Positions 21,128 through 30,632 are shown, numbered from the stretch's first letter. The stretch is DNA of 64,000 bases from Spirochaetota bacterium (GCA_026415295.1 JAOAHJ010000028.1:2964-66963); one strand, 5' to 3'. Notes: generated from the letters alone by a model not told the origin. A program made the numbers and translations.

Positions 21128-21706
21128 TTACCAGTTTTCACATAAAATTTCAAAGAAGCTTTGAGGATGAGCACAAGCTGGGCAACTTTGTGGTGCTTCT
21201 TCTCCTTCATAAATAAAACCACAATTATTACATTTCCACCAAACTTTTTTATCCTTTTTAAAGACACTTCTATTTTCTATATTTTTAAGTAAAGCTCTAT
21301 ATCTTTTTTCATGTTGCTTCTCAACAATTGCAATGTTCCTAAAAACTTGAGCAATCTCTGGAAAACCTTCCTTTTCAGCTTCATCAGCAAAATTTTGATA
21401 CATAGTTGTCCATTCATAGTTCTCTCCATTAGCAGCAGCTAATAAATTTTCAGGAGTTGTTCCAATTTTCCCTGCTGGATAAGCTGCATTAATTTCAACT
21501 TCACCTCCCTCTAAAAACTTAAAAAATCTCTTAGCATGTTCTTTTTCATTTAAAGCTGTTTCTTCAAAAATCATTGCAATTTGAATATATCCCTCTTTTC
21601 TTGCAACTGATGCAAAATAATCATATCTATTCCTTGCTTGTGATTCACCTGCAAAAGCAGCCAATAAATTTTTTTCAGTTTTTGTTCCTTTAACAGATTT
21701 AGCCAT
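21128..21706 (-). CDS. rbr: Rubrerythrin
   Basis: Diiron ferritin-like N-domain (ExxH motifs) plus C-terminal rubredoxin-like CNNCG...CPACAHP domain, 192 aa. Confidence 0.85.
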   Translation of the reverse strand: MAKSVKGTKTEKNLLAAFAGESQARNRYDYFASVARKEGYIQIAMIFEETALNEKEHAKRFFKFLEGGEVEINAAYPAGKIGTTPENLLAAANGENYEWTTMYQNFADEAEKEGFPEIAQVFRNIAIVEKQHEKRYRALLKNIENRSVFKKDKKVWWKCNNCGFIYEGEEAPQSCPACAHPQSFFEILCENW

Positions 21707-21886
21707 AAAACCTCCTTTTTTAAAAATATTAAGTTAAAAGTAAGTTTTATATTATATTATATAATAAATATACTTAATTTTTTTATAACATTTCATAAAA
21801 ATAGTTAGAAATTTATTTAACATAAAAATATTTATAGTAAAAAATTATATAAACAATTTCAAAACAATTTTTTTATAAAAATAAAA

Positions 21887-22141
21887 TTACAAATTAATTT
21901 CAATCAATTTTGCTTTAACACCTTCAAGTAAATTTAATTTTCTTTCAAGCTCTAAATGTTTTTCTTTTTCTCCAACAAGCTCAAGGAAAATAGTCCCATT
22001 ATCGGAACATTTATCTAGAACCTCATCATGTATACCAAGTCTAATCTTTATTAAACAACCCCAACCTGTTAAAATTTCCTGAACTTTAATAGCATTATTT
22101 TTCCTTTTATCAATAATTATAATCATAAATCTTTTTTCCAT
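21887..22141 (-). CDS. TM1266-family small ACT-like protein (annotated elsewhere as putative iron-only hydrogenase system regulator)
   Basis: 84 aa; MEKRFMIIIIDKR...VQEILTGWGCLIKIRLGI...IFLELVG...KLNLLEGVKAKLIEI closely follows my recollection of the TM1266 family pattern. No hydrogenase genes nearby. Confidence 0.45.
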   Translation of the reverse strand: MEKRFMIIIIDKRKNNAIKVQEILTGWGCLIKIRLGIHDEVLDKCSDNGTIFLELVGEKEKHLELERKLNLLEGVKAKLIEINL

Positions 22142-22201
22142 AATATTTCCTGCTTTATGATTTATTTAACTTAAAAGTCTATTAAAAAAATAAACGAAAA
22201 T

Positions 22202-22582
22202 TTAAACTTTCCACAACCCATGTAAATTACAGAATTCTCTAACATATAATATATCTGATCTATTAACATTAAAAATAGCTTCAGGTTTATCTCCAGGGTT
22301 TAATTCTTTTCTTAAAATATAACCATCTTTTGTAACAACTTCAATAAATTGGATCCAGTGAGAATCTTCCATTGGATGAGGAACAGAGCCAACTTTAACT
22401 AATATTTTATTGCTAGTATCCTCAATTACAGGTAAGTGTTTTTCTCCAGCACCTTCTCTATTTTTCTCATCCATTAAAGTCATCTCTTGCCCACAACAAA
22501 CCAAATCTCCTTCACCTTCAATAAAAACTTCAACTACATTACCACAAATTTTGCATTTATAAATTCCCATTTTAGTTGCCAT
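22202..22582 (-). CDS. dfx: Desulfoferrodoxin (2Fe superoxide reductase)
   Basis: N-terminal desulforedoxin CKICGN...CCG plus centre-II His/Cys ligands (HLPVIE, HPMEDSHW, CNLHG); 126 aa. Confidence 0.85.
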   Translation of the reverse strand: MATKMGIYKCKICGNVVEVFIEGEGDLVCCGQEMTLMDEKNREGAGEKHLPVIEDTSNKILVKVGSVPHPMEDSHWIQFIEVVTKDGYILRKELNPGDKPEAIFNVNRSDILYVREFCNLHGLWKV

Positions 22583-22725
22583 AAACCCTCCTTAATTTAA
22601 TTCTAGATTATTTAAATTTTTTAAAATTTTAAATATTAAATAATTTCATTTATAATATTACAAATTAAAATAAAATATTGAATTAAGTTAAATATTATCT
22701 AAGTAACTATTAATGTTCTTAAATT

Positions 22726-23247
22726 TTAATCTATATAACCTTTATCAAAAATATTCTGTGGATATTCTCTTTTACCCATTTCTTTATCAAGATAAAGTAA
22801 ACCACTATTTGAATTAGAAATCATTTTTAACTTTTGCAAAATAGTATCCACTGACAATTCTTCTTCAACCTGTTCTTTAACATACCACTTTAAGAAATCC
22901 AAAGTAGCGTAATCTTTTTCATCTTCTGAAATTTTTACTAATTCCCATATTCTTGAAGTTATATATTTTTCATGTTTTAAAGCTTTTTCAAAAGCATCTA
23001 AAATTGATTCAAATTTCGTTTCAGGTTTTTTAATTTCTAAAAGTTCAGGTTTTTTCCCTCTTTCGACAAGATAATTAAAAAACTTCATTGCATGCATAAT
23101 CTCTTCTTGAACTTGAGCTTTCATCCAATGTGCAAACCCTTGTAAATTTATAGATTCAAAATAAGATACAATAGAAAGGTAAAGATATGCTGAATAAAAC
23201 TCCTCATTTACCTGTCTATTTAACTCATTAAAAATTCTATCAGTCAT
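22726..23247 (-). CDS. ftn: Non-haem ferritin
   Basis: Ferritin-like diiron ligands (EEFYSAYLYL, QEEIMHA), 173 aa. Confidence 0.75.
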   Translation of the reverse strand: MTDRIFNELNRQVNEEFYSAYLYLSIVSYFESINLQGFAHWMKAQVQEEIMHAMKFFNYLVERGKKPELLEIKKPETKFESILDAFEKALKHEKYITSRIWELVKISEDEKDYATLDFLKWYVKEQVEEELSVDTILQKLKMISNSNSGLLYLDKEMGKREYPQNIFDKGYID

Positions 23248-23386
23248 AATTTTCTCCTTAATTACTTTTTAAATTAAACTATAAAAAATATCTATAAATT
23301 TTATAATAATTTTAACATTTCTTTTTCTATTAATTTTTTATTTTACTAATTGTTATACAATTATAAAATTCAATAATATAAAAAAT

Positions 23387-24547
23387 TTAAAGTTTATTAC
23401 TAATATCATCTTTAATTTTATTAAGATCTTCATCTGAAGGAACATATTGTATTTTATATGATCCTATAATATTAAGACCCATTTCATTAATAATTTTTTC
23501 AATATCTTTTATACTTTCACCACCCCAACCATAAGAACCAAAAACAAATATTTTTCTATTTTTAGGATTTAACCCTTTAAAATATGTTATAAATGCTGAT
23601 ACTGTAGGCAACATGTTTTTATTTAAAGTTGGGGAACCTATAAAAATATATTCAGAATCCAATATTTCAGTAATAACATCAGAGATATGATTTTCTTGTA
23701 ATGGCATATATTTAAAAGATATTTTTTTATCATCTAATACACTTTTAATTGCATCCGCTATCATTTTTGTTGAATTCCACATTGTATCATAAACTATAAC
23801 AGCCTTTCTTTCAGTTAAGTTTTTGCTCCACTTATCATAATTCGAAATAAATTCTTTAATAAACTTTTTAATTATTAACCCATGACTCGGACAGATAATT
23901 TCAATTTCTAACTTTTGAGCTTCAGAAAGCTCCTTTTGAACTTGATCACCATATGGTAAAACTATATTGGCATAATATTTTTTTGCCTCATAAAAAAGAA
24001 TATCTCTATCATATTCTTCATCAAATCTCTCAAAAGAAGCAATGTGCTGACCAAAGCCATCATTAGAAAATAAGATTTTTTCTTCTTGGCAATATGTAAC
24101 CATATTATCTGGCCAATGAACCATTGGGGTTAATAGAAAAACTAGATTTCTTTTCCCAATATTTAATTTATCTCCACTTTTAACCTCTATATAATTAAAT
24201 TCTTTTTTATAATGAGCTTTCAGTCCTTTTAAACCATTAGGAGAAGTATAAATTTTTAAATTAGGATTTAATTCTAATATTTTAGGTAGTGAACCTGAAT
24301 GATCCATTTCAACATGATTAGAGATATAGTAATCAATTTTTGAAATAGGAACGATTTTTTCAATTCTTTCTTTGAATTCATCAAATAAATAATGCTTAAC
24401 ATTATCAATTAAAACAATCTTTTCATCTAATATTAAATAAGAATTATAACTTGAACCTCTTTGAGTCAAATAACCATGAAAATTTCTTAAATTCCAATCA
24501 ACAGCACCAACCCAATAAATATCATCTTTAATTTTAATAGCATCCAT
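23387..24547 (-). CDS. fprA: Flavodiiron protein (rubredoxin:oxygen/NO oxidoreductase, FprA/ROO type)
   Basis: Metallo-beta-lactamase-like diiron motif HVEMDHSG followed by flavodoxin-like domain; 386 aa. Confidence 0.8.
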   Translation of the reverse strand: MDAIKIKDDIYWVGAVDWNLRNFHGYLTQRGSSYNSYLILDEKIVLIDNVKHYLFDEFKERIEKIVPISKIDYYISNHVEMDHSGSLPKILELNPNLKIYTSPNGLKGLKAHYKKEFNYIEVKSGDKLNIGKRNLVFLLTPMVHWPDNMVTYCQEEKILFSNDGFGQHIASFERFDEEYDRDILFYEAKKYYANIVLPYGDQVQKELSEAQKLEIEIICPSHGLIIKKFIKEFISNYDKWSKNLTERKAVIVYDTMWNSTKMIADAIKSVLDDKKISFKYMPLQENHISDVITEILDSEYIFIGSPTLNKNMLPTVSAFITYFKGLNPKNRKIFVFGSYGWGGESIKDIEKIINEMGLNIIGSYKIQYVPSDEDLNKIKDDISNKL

Positions 24548-24709
24548 AAAATCTCCGTAATTTTAATTTTTTTAAATATAAAATATATAAAAGAATAATA
24601 ATTTTTATACAATATTAAATTAAATACAAATTTGTAATTTTTACAAAATAAATTTAAAAAAAATTAATTAAATTTTAATTAAACCCCACCCACCACCCTT
24701 CAAAAAAAA

Positions 24710-24847
24710 TTACTCCTTCTCAAATGCATCTTTTTCGGCACCACAAACTGGACAAACCCAATCATCAGGCAACTTTTCAAAAGGAATACTATCATTTTCT
24801 GAAGGATCATAAATATAACCACACACTGTACAAACCCATCTTTCCAT
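24710..24847 (-). CDS. rd: Rubredoxin (45 aa) - not in supplied ORF track
   Basis: Manual translation of minus strand: [45 protein letters not shown]; two CxxCG knuckles and conserved W/Y/F/P positions of rubredoxins. Confidence 0.8.
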   Translation of the reverse strand: MERWVCTVCGYIYDPSENDSIPFEKLPDDWVCPVCGAEKDAFEKE

Positions 24848-24956
24848 CTAATCACCTCATATATTTTTTATTTATAAATATCACTATTAATATAATAATT
24901 AAATTGAAAATTTTTTCAATAACTTTTTTTATGAAAAATTACTAAACATTAAAATC

Positions 24957-25373
24957 TTAATTTATACAATTTTTACAAACCCCTTCAAAAATAACTATAT
25001 TACTAATTACCTTATTACCATCTATAAAATCTATTTTAAATTTATCAACAACTAACTTATCTTCAATATCATATAATTTATCACATTTTATACATTTAAA
25101 ATGTAAATGGGGAATATAATTTAAATCATATACTGTTTTATCTCCATTAATAAATGAAATAGCTAAACCTTTTTCTATAAATATTTTCAAGGTATTATAA
25201 ATCGTAGTTTTTGATAAAGTCGGGATCTGTTTTTCAAGTTCATTAAAAATTTCTTCAATTGTAGGATGATTTCTTTTTAAAATAAAATATTTTAATATAG
25301 CTAATCTTTGTACTGAAGGTTTAATTTCGTATTTCTGCAATAAACTATACTCAAAAATTGCCTGTGTATCCAT
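24957..25373 (-). CDS. perR: Fur-family transcriptional regulator, probably peroxide-responsive (PerR-like)
   Basis: Winged-helix N-domain, HLHFKCIKC and C-terminal CKNC metal sites; located at head of oxidative-stress cluster. Confidence 0.65.
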   Translation of the reverse strand: MDTQAIFEYSLLQKYEIKPSVQRLAILKYFILKRNHPTIEEIFNELEKQIPTLSKTTIYNTLKIFIEKGLAISFINGDKTVYDLNYIPHLHFKCIKCDKLYDIEDKLVVDKFKIDFIDGNKVISNIVIFEGVCKNCIN

Positions 25374-25753
25374 ATGCTTCCCTTTTTTAGTTGTATTAAA
25401 AAACCTATCTATAATTTCAAAAAATCAATACAAATTAAAAATTATCTAATTTATTTTAATAATATCTTTGATTTTAATATTTTTATTTTTAAATATATTA
25501 ATTATTTTCATTTAATAAATTAATTTACATAATATCTTAATATTATAATTAAAATATAATATAGTTTTTTTAAAATTCAAAATTTTATTTTTTTTAATTG
25601 TAAAAAATTTGAAAATTTATTATTTTTTTTTATATTTTTTAAAGATTAATAATTAAATTACTAAATAAATTAAAATAAAAATTCTATTACTTTTATATTA
25701 AGTTAATTATAGTTTGTAGATGGAAAATTTAATAATTAAATATTAATTTGGTT

Positions 25754-26602
25754 ATGATAATTGAAATTTTTTTAAAAATAAAAAATCCTCTTTATCAAGC
25801 TTTATTTGGTGGGTTTTTAACATGGTTTTTAACTCTTTTTGGAGCTATTTTTATTTTTTTTAATAAAAAACCTTCTAAAACAATATTTAGTTCAATGCTT
25901 TCACTTGCTGGCGGCATTATGCTTGCAGCTAGTTTCTGGTCACTTCTTTTGCCGGCAAAAAATATAGCGGAAGATCTAGGGATAAACCCATTTTTAAATA
26001 TTACTTTAGGTCTTTTATCTGGTTCTTTATTTATTTTTTTACTCGATAGGTTAATCCCTCATAAACATATTCAAGAAAATCAAATTAAAATATCTCAAGA
26101 AAATTCAGATACTGAAATAGAAGGAATAAAAACAAATTTAAAAAAAACTTATTTATTTATTCTTGCTGTTGTTTTACATAATATTCCAGAAGGTTTAGCA
26201 GTAGGTGTTGCATTTGGTGCATTGATAAACAATATTAATGATATAAATATTTTGGTAAGTGCTATAACATTAACTATAGGTATTGGGTTACAAAATATAC
26301 CTGAAGGTTTAGCTATTGCCCTTCCTCTTTATGCTAATGGATTTTCAAAAAGAAAAAGTTTTTTTTATGGACAACTTTCTGCAATAGTGGAACCTGTTTC
26401 AGCTCTATGTGGTGTAATTTTTGTTTCAATTTTTAAAAATATTCTACCCTTTTCTATGTCATTCGCATCTGGAGCTATGATTTATATAATAATAGAAGAA
26501 GTAATTCCAGAATTTCAAAAAAATAAAACCAATGATATTGCTACACTTTTTTTCATTGCAGGCTTTATAATAATGACTATTTTAGATATAAGTCTTGGAT
26601 AA
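25754..26602 (+). CDS. zupT: ZIP-family zinc/iron transporter
   Basis: HNIPEGLAVG and QNIPEGLAIAL signature helices. ORF track start at 25748 is TTG; first ATG is 25754. Confidence 0.7.
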   Translation: MIIEIFLKIKNPLYQALFGGFLTWFLTLFGAIFIFFNKKPSKTIFSSMLSLAGGIMLAASFWSLLLPAKNIAEDLGINPFLNITLGLLSGSLFIFLLDRLIPHKHIQENQIKISQENSDTEIEGIKTNLKKTYLFILAVVLHNIPEGLAVGVAFGALINNINDINILVSAITLTIGIGLQNIPEGLAIALPLYANGFSKRKSFFYGQLSAIVEPVSALCGVIFVSIFKNILPFSMSFASGAMIYIIIEEVIPEFQKNKTNDIATLFFIAGFIIMTILDISLG

Positions 26603-26621
26603 AATAAAATAGGGGGATAAT

Positions 26622-27788
26622 ATGAAAAAAAATCTTTCTAATTTTAAAAATAATCATTCTATTAAAATAATTGGTATTAAAACAATTAAAAAAAGTTTAA
26701 TATTTTTAACATTAACATTAAGTTTATTGCTAGTTTCAATATTATATTCATGTTCAAATACTATTACTAACACTTCATCAAAAAATGAATCCTATGATAC
26801 AAAGGCTTCAAATTATGAACCAGATCCAGGAAATAAACCAATAGGTTTAATAGTATATTCTACTGGAAACAAAAAATTTATAAAAAGAAATCCAATTGGT
26901 GGATTTTTAATTCAAGGTGGAGGTCTTGATGTTGATGAAGCATTTTTATGGCTTATAAACAGATGTGATGGAGGAGATTTTGTTGTTTTAAGAACTAATG
27001 ATTCAAAAGGCTATAATGATTGGATATATTATGATCTTAAAGGAGTAAATTCAGTTCATACTTTAGTTGTTAATTCTTATACCTTTGCAAATTCATCTTA
27101 TGTAGAAAATGTAATTAATAATGCTGAAGCTATTTTTATTGCTGGTGGTGATCAATATGAATATTATAAATACTGGAAAGGTACAAAACTTGAATCTGCT
27201 ATAAAAAGAGCTTATTTTGAAAGAAAAGTTCCTATTGGTGGAACTTCTGCTGGAATGGTTGTGCTTGGACACTTTGACTATATTCCGTACAATAATGGAG
27301 TAACTTCTGACGAAGCTCTCCAAAATCCATACCATAAAAATATGGATTATATTAAAAATGATTTTCTTGAAAACTTTGAAATATTTAAAAATATTATTTT
27401 CGATACCCATTTTTATGAAAGAAAAAGAATGGGAAGATTAATAACTTTTATGGCAAGAATAGTAACAGATTATAAAATCAATTACAATGAAATAAAAGCA
27501 GTAGCATGTGATGAAAAAACTGCAATATGTATTGATAATAATGGCATTGGAAAAGTTTTTGGTTATGGTTATGCTTTCTTCTTAATTGGAAATAGACCAA
27601 TAGAAAGATGTAGGAGTGAAAGCCCTCTTGATTGGTATGGGAATAAACAAGCTGTAAAATGTATTAGAGTTAAAGGAACTTTATCTGGTAGTAATACTTT
27701 TGATTTTAAAAATTGGTCATCAAATTATGGCGAAACTTATTATATATGGGTTGATAATGGAACTTTATATCCTGATCGAGTATATTAA
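26622..27788 (+). CDS. Secreted lipoprotein of peptidase S51 (cyanophycinase/dipeptidase E-like) family
   Basis: Signal peptide plus lipobox (LYSCS); GGTSAGMVVLG serine nucleophile elbow typical of S51; strong GGGG RBS. Confidence 0.45.
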   Translation: MKKNLSNFKNNHSIKIIGIKTIKKSLIFLTLTLSLLLVSILYSCSNTITNTSSKNESYDTKASNYEPDPGNKPIGLIVYSTGNKKFIKRNPIGGFLIQGGGLDVDEAFLWLINRCDGGDFVVLRTNDSKGYNDWIYYDLKGVNSVHTLVVNSYTFANSSYVENVINNAEAIFIAGGDQYEYYKYWKGTKLESAIKRAYFERKVPIGGTSAGMVVLGHFDYIPYNNGVTSDEALQNPYHKNMDYIKNDFLENFEIFKNIIFDTHFYERKRMGRLITFMARIVTDYKINYNEIKAVACDEKTAICIDNNGIGKVFGYGYAFFLIGNRPIERCRSESPLDWYGNKQAVKCIRVKGTLSGSNTFDFKNWSSNYGETYYIWVDNGTLYPDRVY

Positions 27789-27839
27789 AAAATTAAATAT
27801 AAAATTTATTAATTAAATTCAAAAAGGAACTGAGATAAA

Positions 27840-28730
27840 ATGGGTCTATTTACTAAAATACTAAATCTATTAAAATCAAATGCTAATTTTTCTGAAATAA
27901 AAAACAATCTATTACTTGCTGATATTGATTTAGATACAATTAATTATATAGAAAAAGAACTAAAAAATAAAAAAGAGTTGAAAGATATTCTTAAGTCTTT
28001 AATTATACCATGGAGTTTTATCCCTGATAAAAATAAGAAAAATATATTTTTAATTATTGGTGTTAATGGTTCTGGTAAAACAACTCTTATTTCTAAAATT
28101 TCAAAATATTACAAAGATAAAGGTTATAATATTTTAGTTTCAGGGGCAGATACATTTAGAGCTGCTGCTATTGACCAATTAAAACATTGGTGTGAGAAAA
28201 ATAAAATTGATTTTATAAGTAATATTCAGGGTGCTGATCCTGCTTCTGTAATATTTGATTCTATGACAAAATTTTTAAATTCTAATTATAACATTTTAAT
28301 AATAGATACAGCGGGTAGATTACAGAATAAAGAGGAATTAAATCAGCAATTAAAAAAAATAGATAAGGTTATAAGAAAAAAGATAGATGAATACAATAAA
28401 GAAAAATATAACCTTCCAGATAACAAAAATAGTATTGATAAAAAGACAGATTCTAATACAATAGAAAGTATTAACTATAAAAAAATTCTAGTTATAGATG
28501 CAAACATAGGGAAAAACTCAATACAGCAAGCTGAAATTTTTAATAATATTATTGGAATAGACTCTTTTTCTATAACAAAGCTTGATTCAACAGCTAAAGG
28601 TGGCTCAATTTATAATATATGTAAAAAATTAAATTTATCTCTTTCATATGTTTCTTTTGGTGAAAAAATAGAAAATATTATTACTCCTGAAAACCCTGAT
28701 TTTATAGAATTTTTAATAAATAAAATTTAA
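27840..28730 (+). CDS. ftsY: Signal recognition particle receptor FtsY (NG domain only)
   Basis: GVNGSGKTT P-loop, DTAGR, TKLDSTAKGG; only 296 aa, no acidic A-domain; Asn/Lys-rich insertion between G3 and G4. Confidence 0.75.
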   Translation: MGLFTKILNLLKSNANFSEIKNNLLLADIDLDTINYIEKELKNKKELKDILKSLIIPWSFIPDKNKKNIFLIIGVNGSGKTTLISKISKYYKDKGYNILVSGADTFRAAAIDQLKHWCEKNKIDFISNIQGADPASVIFDSMTKFLNSNYNILIIDTAGRLQNKEELNQQLKKIDKVIRKKIDEYNKEKYNLPDNKNSIDKKTDSNTIESINYKKILVIDANIGKNSIQQAEIFNNIIGIDSFSITKLDSTAKGGSIYNICKKLNLSLSYVSFGEKIENIITPENPDFIEFLINKI

Positions 28731-28958
28731 AAAACTTTTTCAATATATAATTTAACTTGAAAAACTTTTTTAATAAGAATAATAAAATTTTATTAATAAA
28801 ATAAAATAACATTTTATTTGGATATTCATAGATTATATTATTTTAATGAATAATCCTAATATTATTAGTATTTTTTATTATTTTATAAAATATATTTATA
28901 TTTTTCTTAAAATAATTAGTTTTTTTTATTAAATTCTTAAATATTTTTAAAAAATTTA

Positions 28959-28986
28959 TTGACTTAATTTTAACATATTTTAAAAT
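28959..28986 (+). promoter_or_regulatory. Candidate promoter TTGACT-N16-TAAAAT upstream of gdhA
   Basis: Seen in sequence ~30 nt upstream of AGGAGG RBS. Confidence 0.35.
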
Positions 28987-29016
28987 TTAAGTAGAAAAGA
29001 AATTTCAGGAGGAATC

Positions 29017-30360
29017 ATGAATAAATATATATCTGATGTTATAGAATCTGTTAAGAAAAAATATCCTTGGGAATCAGAATTTATTCAAGCTGTTACAGAA
29101 GTACTTGAGTCACTCGAGCCAATTATTTCCAAAGAACCAAAATATCAAAAATATGGCATTTTAGAAAGAATAGTTGAACCTGAAAGAGTTATTATATTTA
29201 GAGTTCCATGGGTTGATGATCAAGGAAATTACAGAGTAAATATGGGATACAGAGTTCAATTTAATTCTGCTATTGGACCATATAAAGGTGGATTAAGATT
29301 TCATAAATCGGTTAATCTTTCTATATTAAAATTTTTAGGATTTGAGCAAATATTTAAAAACTCTTTAACCGGTTTACCTATGGGTGGTGGAAAAGGTGGA
29401 TCTGATTTTGACCCAACAGGGAAGTCTGAAGGTGAAGTAATGAGATTCTGTCAGAGTTTCATGACTGAGCTTTCAAGACACATAAGTGCTGATACAGATG
29501 TTCCAGCAGGTGATATTGGGGTAGGTGCAAGAGAAATAGGTTATATGTATGGGCAATATAAAAGAATAAAAAATGAATTTACAGGGGTATTAACAGGAAA
29601 AGCTTTAAATTGGGGAGGATCATTAATAAGACCAGAAGCTACAGGTTTTGGTGCTATTTACTTTTTAGTAGAAATGCTTAAAGTAAATAAAGATGACATT
29701 AAAGGCAAAAAAATTGCAATTTCAGGTTTTGGAAATGTTGCTTGGGGAACAGCTCTAAAAGCAACAGAACTTGGAGCTAAAATAATTACAATCTCTGGAC
29801 CTGATGGTTATGTTTATGATGAAGATGGAGTTGAAGGAGAAAAAATAGATTATTTACTTGAAATGAGAGCTTCTGGTAGAGATAAAGTTGAAGATTATGT
29901 TAAAAAATTCCCAAAAGCTAAATTTTTTGCTGGAAAAAAACCATGGGAAGTACCTTGTGATATTGCGATACCATGTGCTACTCAAAATGAAATTGATGAA
30001 AATGATGCAAAAACATTACATAAAAATGGTTGTAAATATGTTGTTGAAGGATCAAATATGGGCTGTACTTTAGAAGCAGTTAAATATATGCAAGCTAACA
30101 AAATAATTTATGCACCTGGAAAAGCTGTTAACGCTGGTGGAGTTGCAACATCAGGTCTTGAAATGTCTCAAAACTCTATAAGATTATCATGGACAAGAGA
30201 AGAAGTAGATAGCAAATTAAGACAGATAATGAAAAACATCCATGATAAATCTCTTGAAGCTGCTGAAGCTTACGGATATAAAGGAGATTATGTAGTAGGA
30301 GCAAATATTGCAGGATTCAAAAAAGTTGCAGATGCTATGATTGAACAAGGTCATGTGTAA
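29017..30360 (+). CDS. gdhA: NAD(P)-specific glutamate dehydrogenase
   Basis: GGGKGGSDFDP catalytic glycine-rich loop, conserved Lys region, 447 aa, normal composition (little low-complexity). Confidence 0.9.
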   Translation: MNKYISDVIESVKKKYPWESEFIQAVTEVLESLEPIISKEPKYQKYGILERIVEPERVIIFRVPWVDDQGNYRVNMGYRVQFNSAIGPYKGGLRFHKSVNLSILKFLGFEQIFKNSLTGLPMGGGKGGSDFDPTGKSEGEVMRFCQSFMTELSRHISADTDVPAGDIGVGAREIGYMYGQYKRIKNEFTGVLTGKALNWGGSLIRPEATGFGAIYFLVEMLKVNKDDIKGKKIAISGFGNVAWGTALKATELGAKIITISGPDGYVYDEDGVEGEKIDYLLEMRASGRDKVEDYVKKFPKAKFFAGKKPWEVPCDIAIPCATQNEIDENDAKTLHKNGCKYVVEGSNMGCTLEAVKYMQANKIIYAPGKAVNAGGVATSGLEMSQNSIRLSWTREEVDSKLRQIMKNIHDKSLEAAEAYGYKGDYVVGANIAGFKKVADAMIEQGHV

Positions 30361-30446
30361 TAATATTTTATAAAATTAAGATCATTTCTTAATAAAGAAT
30401 CATTTACTAAAATTATAAATTTTTATACATATGTTTTATAATATTA

Positions 30447-30474
30447 AAAGAGGGGAATTTCCCCTCTTTTTTTA
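30447..30474 (+). terminator. Rho-independent terminator (GAGGGG-AATTT-CCCCTC + T-run)
   Basis: GC-rich hairpin in AT-rich context, 87 nt after gdhA stop. Confidence 0.6.
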
Positions 30475-30632
30475 AATTTTTCTTACTATTTTATTATTTT
30501 TATTCAATTTATTAAATTAAAAAACAATTGTATTATTATATTTTATATTTTATTTCTTTATATTTTAATATTTCATTTAATATTATTTAAACCTTAAATT
30601 TAGTTTAAAAATAACTTTTAAAAGGATTGAAA

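Noticed and set aside
24724-24945. 73-aa plus-strand ORF ([15 protein letters not shown]...)
   Set aside because: It lies antisense to a perfectly conserved rubredoxin reading frame on the minus strand. It has no RBS or motif and is a shadow ORF in AT-rich DNA.
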